NCBI GenBank assembly: GCA_030324005.1
Contig: JARDVH010000130.1
Location: 12,792,503 to 12,856,436, forward strand
Origin: Negaprion brevirostris
Lineage: Eukaryota
Length of the DNA: 63,934 nt
Direction: 5' to 3'
Shown: piece after piece, positions 62,425 through 63,934 of the stretch
How positions within the stretch are numbered: position 1 is the stretch's first letter
How the letters are laid out: each line of letters starts with the position of its first letter
Made by a program: the position numbers and the translations under genes
Notes under the pieces: generated by a model
Told to the model about the DNA's origin: nothing
The model's input: the letters and a program-made list of their open reading frames with translations, nothing else
Database searches by the model: none

Positions 62425-63934
62425 TTCAGGCTATAGGATGAAGGCATGTAAAACTGCCAATGCATCCCTCCCTAATGTGTTCAATGCATTCTATTTTTGA
62501 GCAGTGAGAGCACCCTTCCACCCTAGAAGCCTCGGATGAACCTGTATCTGAGGTCACCATTGCAGATGTCAGAGCAACTTTCTCAAAGGTCAACCCATGA
62601 AAAACAACTGGCCTGGATGGGGTACCCAGACGAACACTCAGATCCTGCCTAGCCCAGCTGGCGGGAGTATTCGCAGACATCTTCAATCTCTCTTTACAAC
62701 AATCTGATGTCCTACCTGCTTCAAAAAGATGACCATCATCCGGATACCAAAAGAAAAGCCAAGCAGCAAGCCTTAATGACTATCATCCAGTGGCTCTGAC
62801 ATTCATCATTATGAAGTGGCACAAACCAATTCCAGCTTCCCAGATTGCCTTGATCCACCACAGTTCGCCTATCGCCACAACAGGTCCCCAGCAGACACCA
62901 TCTCCCTGGTCCTGCATTCAGCCCTGGAACACCGAGATAACAAAGACACCTACATCAAAATCCTAATTATTGACTACACCTCAGCCTTCAACACCATTAT
63001 TCCTATGAAACTCATCTCCAAGCTCCATGACTCGGGTCTCGGCTGCTTCCTCTGTGACTGTATCCTGAACTTTGTAACCCACAGACCACAATCATTAAGG
63101 ATAGGCAACAACTCCTCCAAGATCATCCGCAAAACCGGTCCCCACCAGGCTGTGTCCTCAGCCCCCTACTACATTCCTTATACACTTATGACTGTGTGGC
63201 CAAATTCCGTTCCAATTCAATTTTCAAATTTGCTGATGATACCACCATTATGGGTCAACTCTCAAACAACGATGAGACAGAGTGGAGGAAAGAGAAAGAG
63301 AATCTGGTGCGATGGCAACAATCTCTCCCTGGATGTCAACATAACAAAGAAGATGGTCATTGACTTCAGGAACCGTACTGGAGGACATACCCCTATCTAC
63401 ATTAATGGGGATGAAGTCGAAATGGACGAGAGCTTCAGGTTGTTAGATGTCCAGATCACTAACAACCTGTCCTGGCCCTCCCATGCCAAAACTATAGTTA
63501 AGAAAGCCCACCAATGCTTCTACTTTCTCAGAAGACTAAGGAAATTTGGCATGTCCATATAACTCTCACCATCTTTTACAGGTGCACCATAGAAAGCATT
63601 CTTTCTGGTTGTATCTGAGTTTGGTATGGCTCCTACTCTGTCCAAAATTGCAAGAGACTAGAAAGGGTCGTGAATGAAGCCCAGTCCATCACTCAAATCA
63701 CTCTCTCACCCATTGACACTGTCTACACTTTCTGCTGCCTCAGAAAACAGACAGCATAATTAAGGACCTACACACCCTGGATATACTCTCTTTCACCTTC
63801 TTCTGTTATAAATGATACAAAAGTCTGAGGGCATGTACCAACCAACTCAAAAACAGTTTCTTCCCTGCTGCTATCAGACTTTTGAATGGACCTACCTTGC
63901 ATTAAGTTGATCTTTCTCTACACCCTAGCTATGA
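62425..63934 (+). mobile_element. Rex1/Babar LINE remnant (RT to 3' region), runs off the window end
   Basis: CLDPPQFAYRHNRS...IDYTSAFNTIIP...VKKAHQCFYFLRRLRKFG; collinear with 31710-33150. Confidence 0.88.

Noticed and set aside
62816-63562. 248-aa ORF as a host gene or active reverse transcriptase
   Set aside because: Frameshifted Rex1/Babar RT remnant with the catalytic FADD in another frame.

Overview
Vertebrate genomic DNA, almost certainly elasmobranch (shark/ray), judged from its repeat families: HE1-type V-SINEs, SacSINE1-like DeuSINEs, CR1, L2 and Rex1/Babar LINE remnants. It is a draft assembly with many N gaps. The only supportable protein-coding gene is an intronless, GC-rich Shaker-family K+ channel at 54785-56401 (-), identified as KCNA5/Kv1.5 from its diagnostic N- and C-termini. 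The ~50 kb downstream and ~5 kb upstream are intergenic and full of decayed, often nested transposons. Main observations: (1) a ~370-bp element flanked by a target-site duplication (TSD) whose head is built from U1 and U2 snRNA pieces, like the SINEU class described from crocodilians; (2) fold-back elements made of two inverted Penelope-type repeats, each arm carrying a minimal type I hammerhead ribozyme motif, plus a second dispersed hammerhead-bearing family; (3) a V-SINE head found with two alternative 3' tails matching two different LINEs; (4) PIF/Harbinger-like non-autonomous elements and MITEs; (5) a Kv1.3-like His at the outer pore of this Kv1.5. Repeat family names are from recalled consensus motifs, not database searches. 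Boundaries of decayed repeats are approximate.
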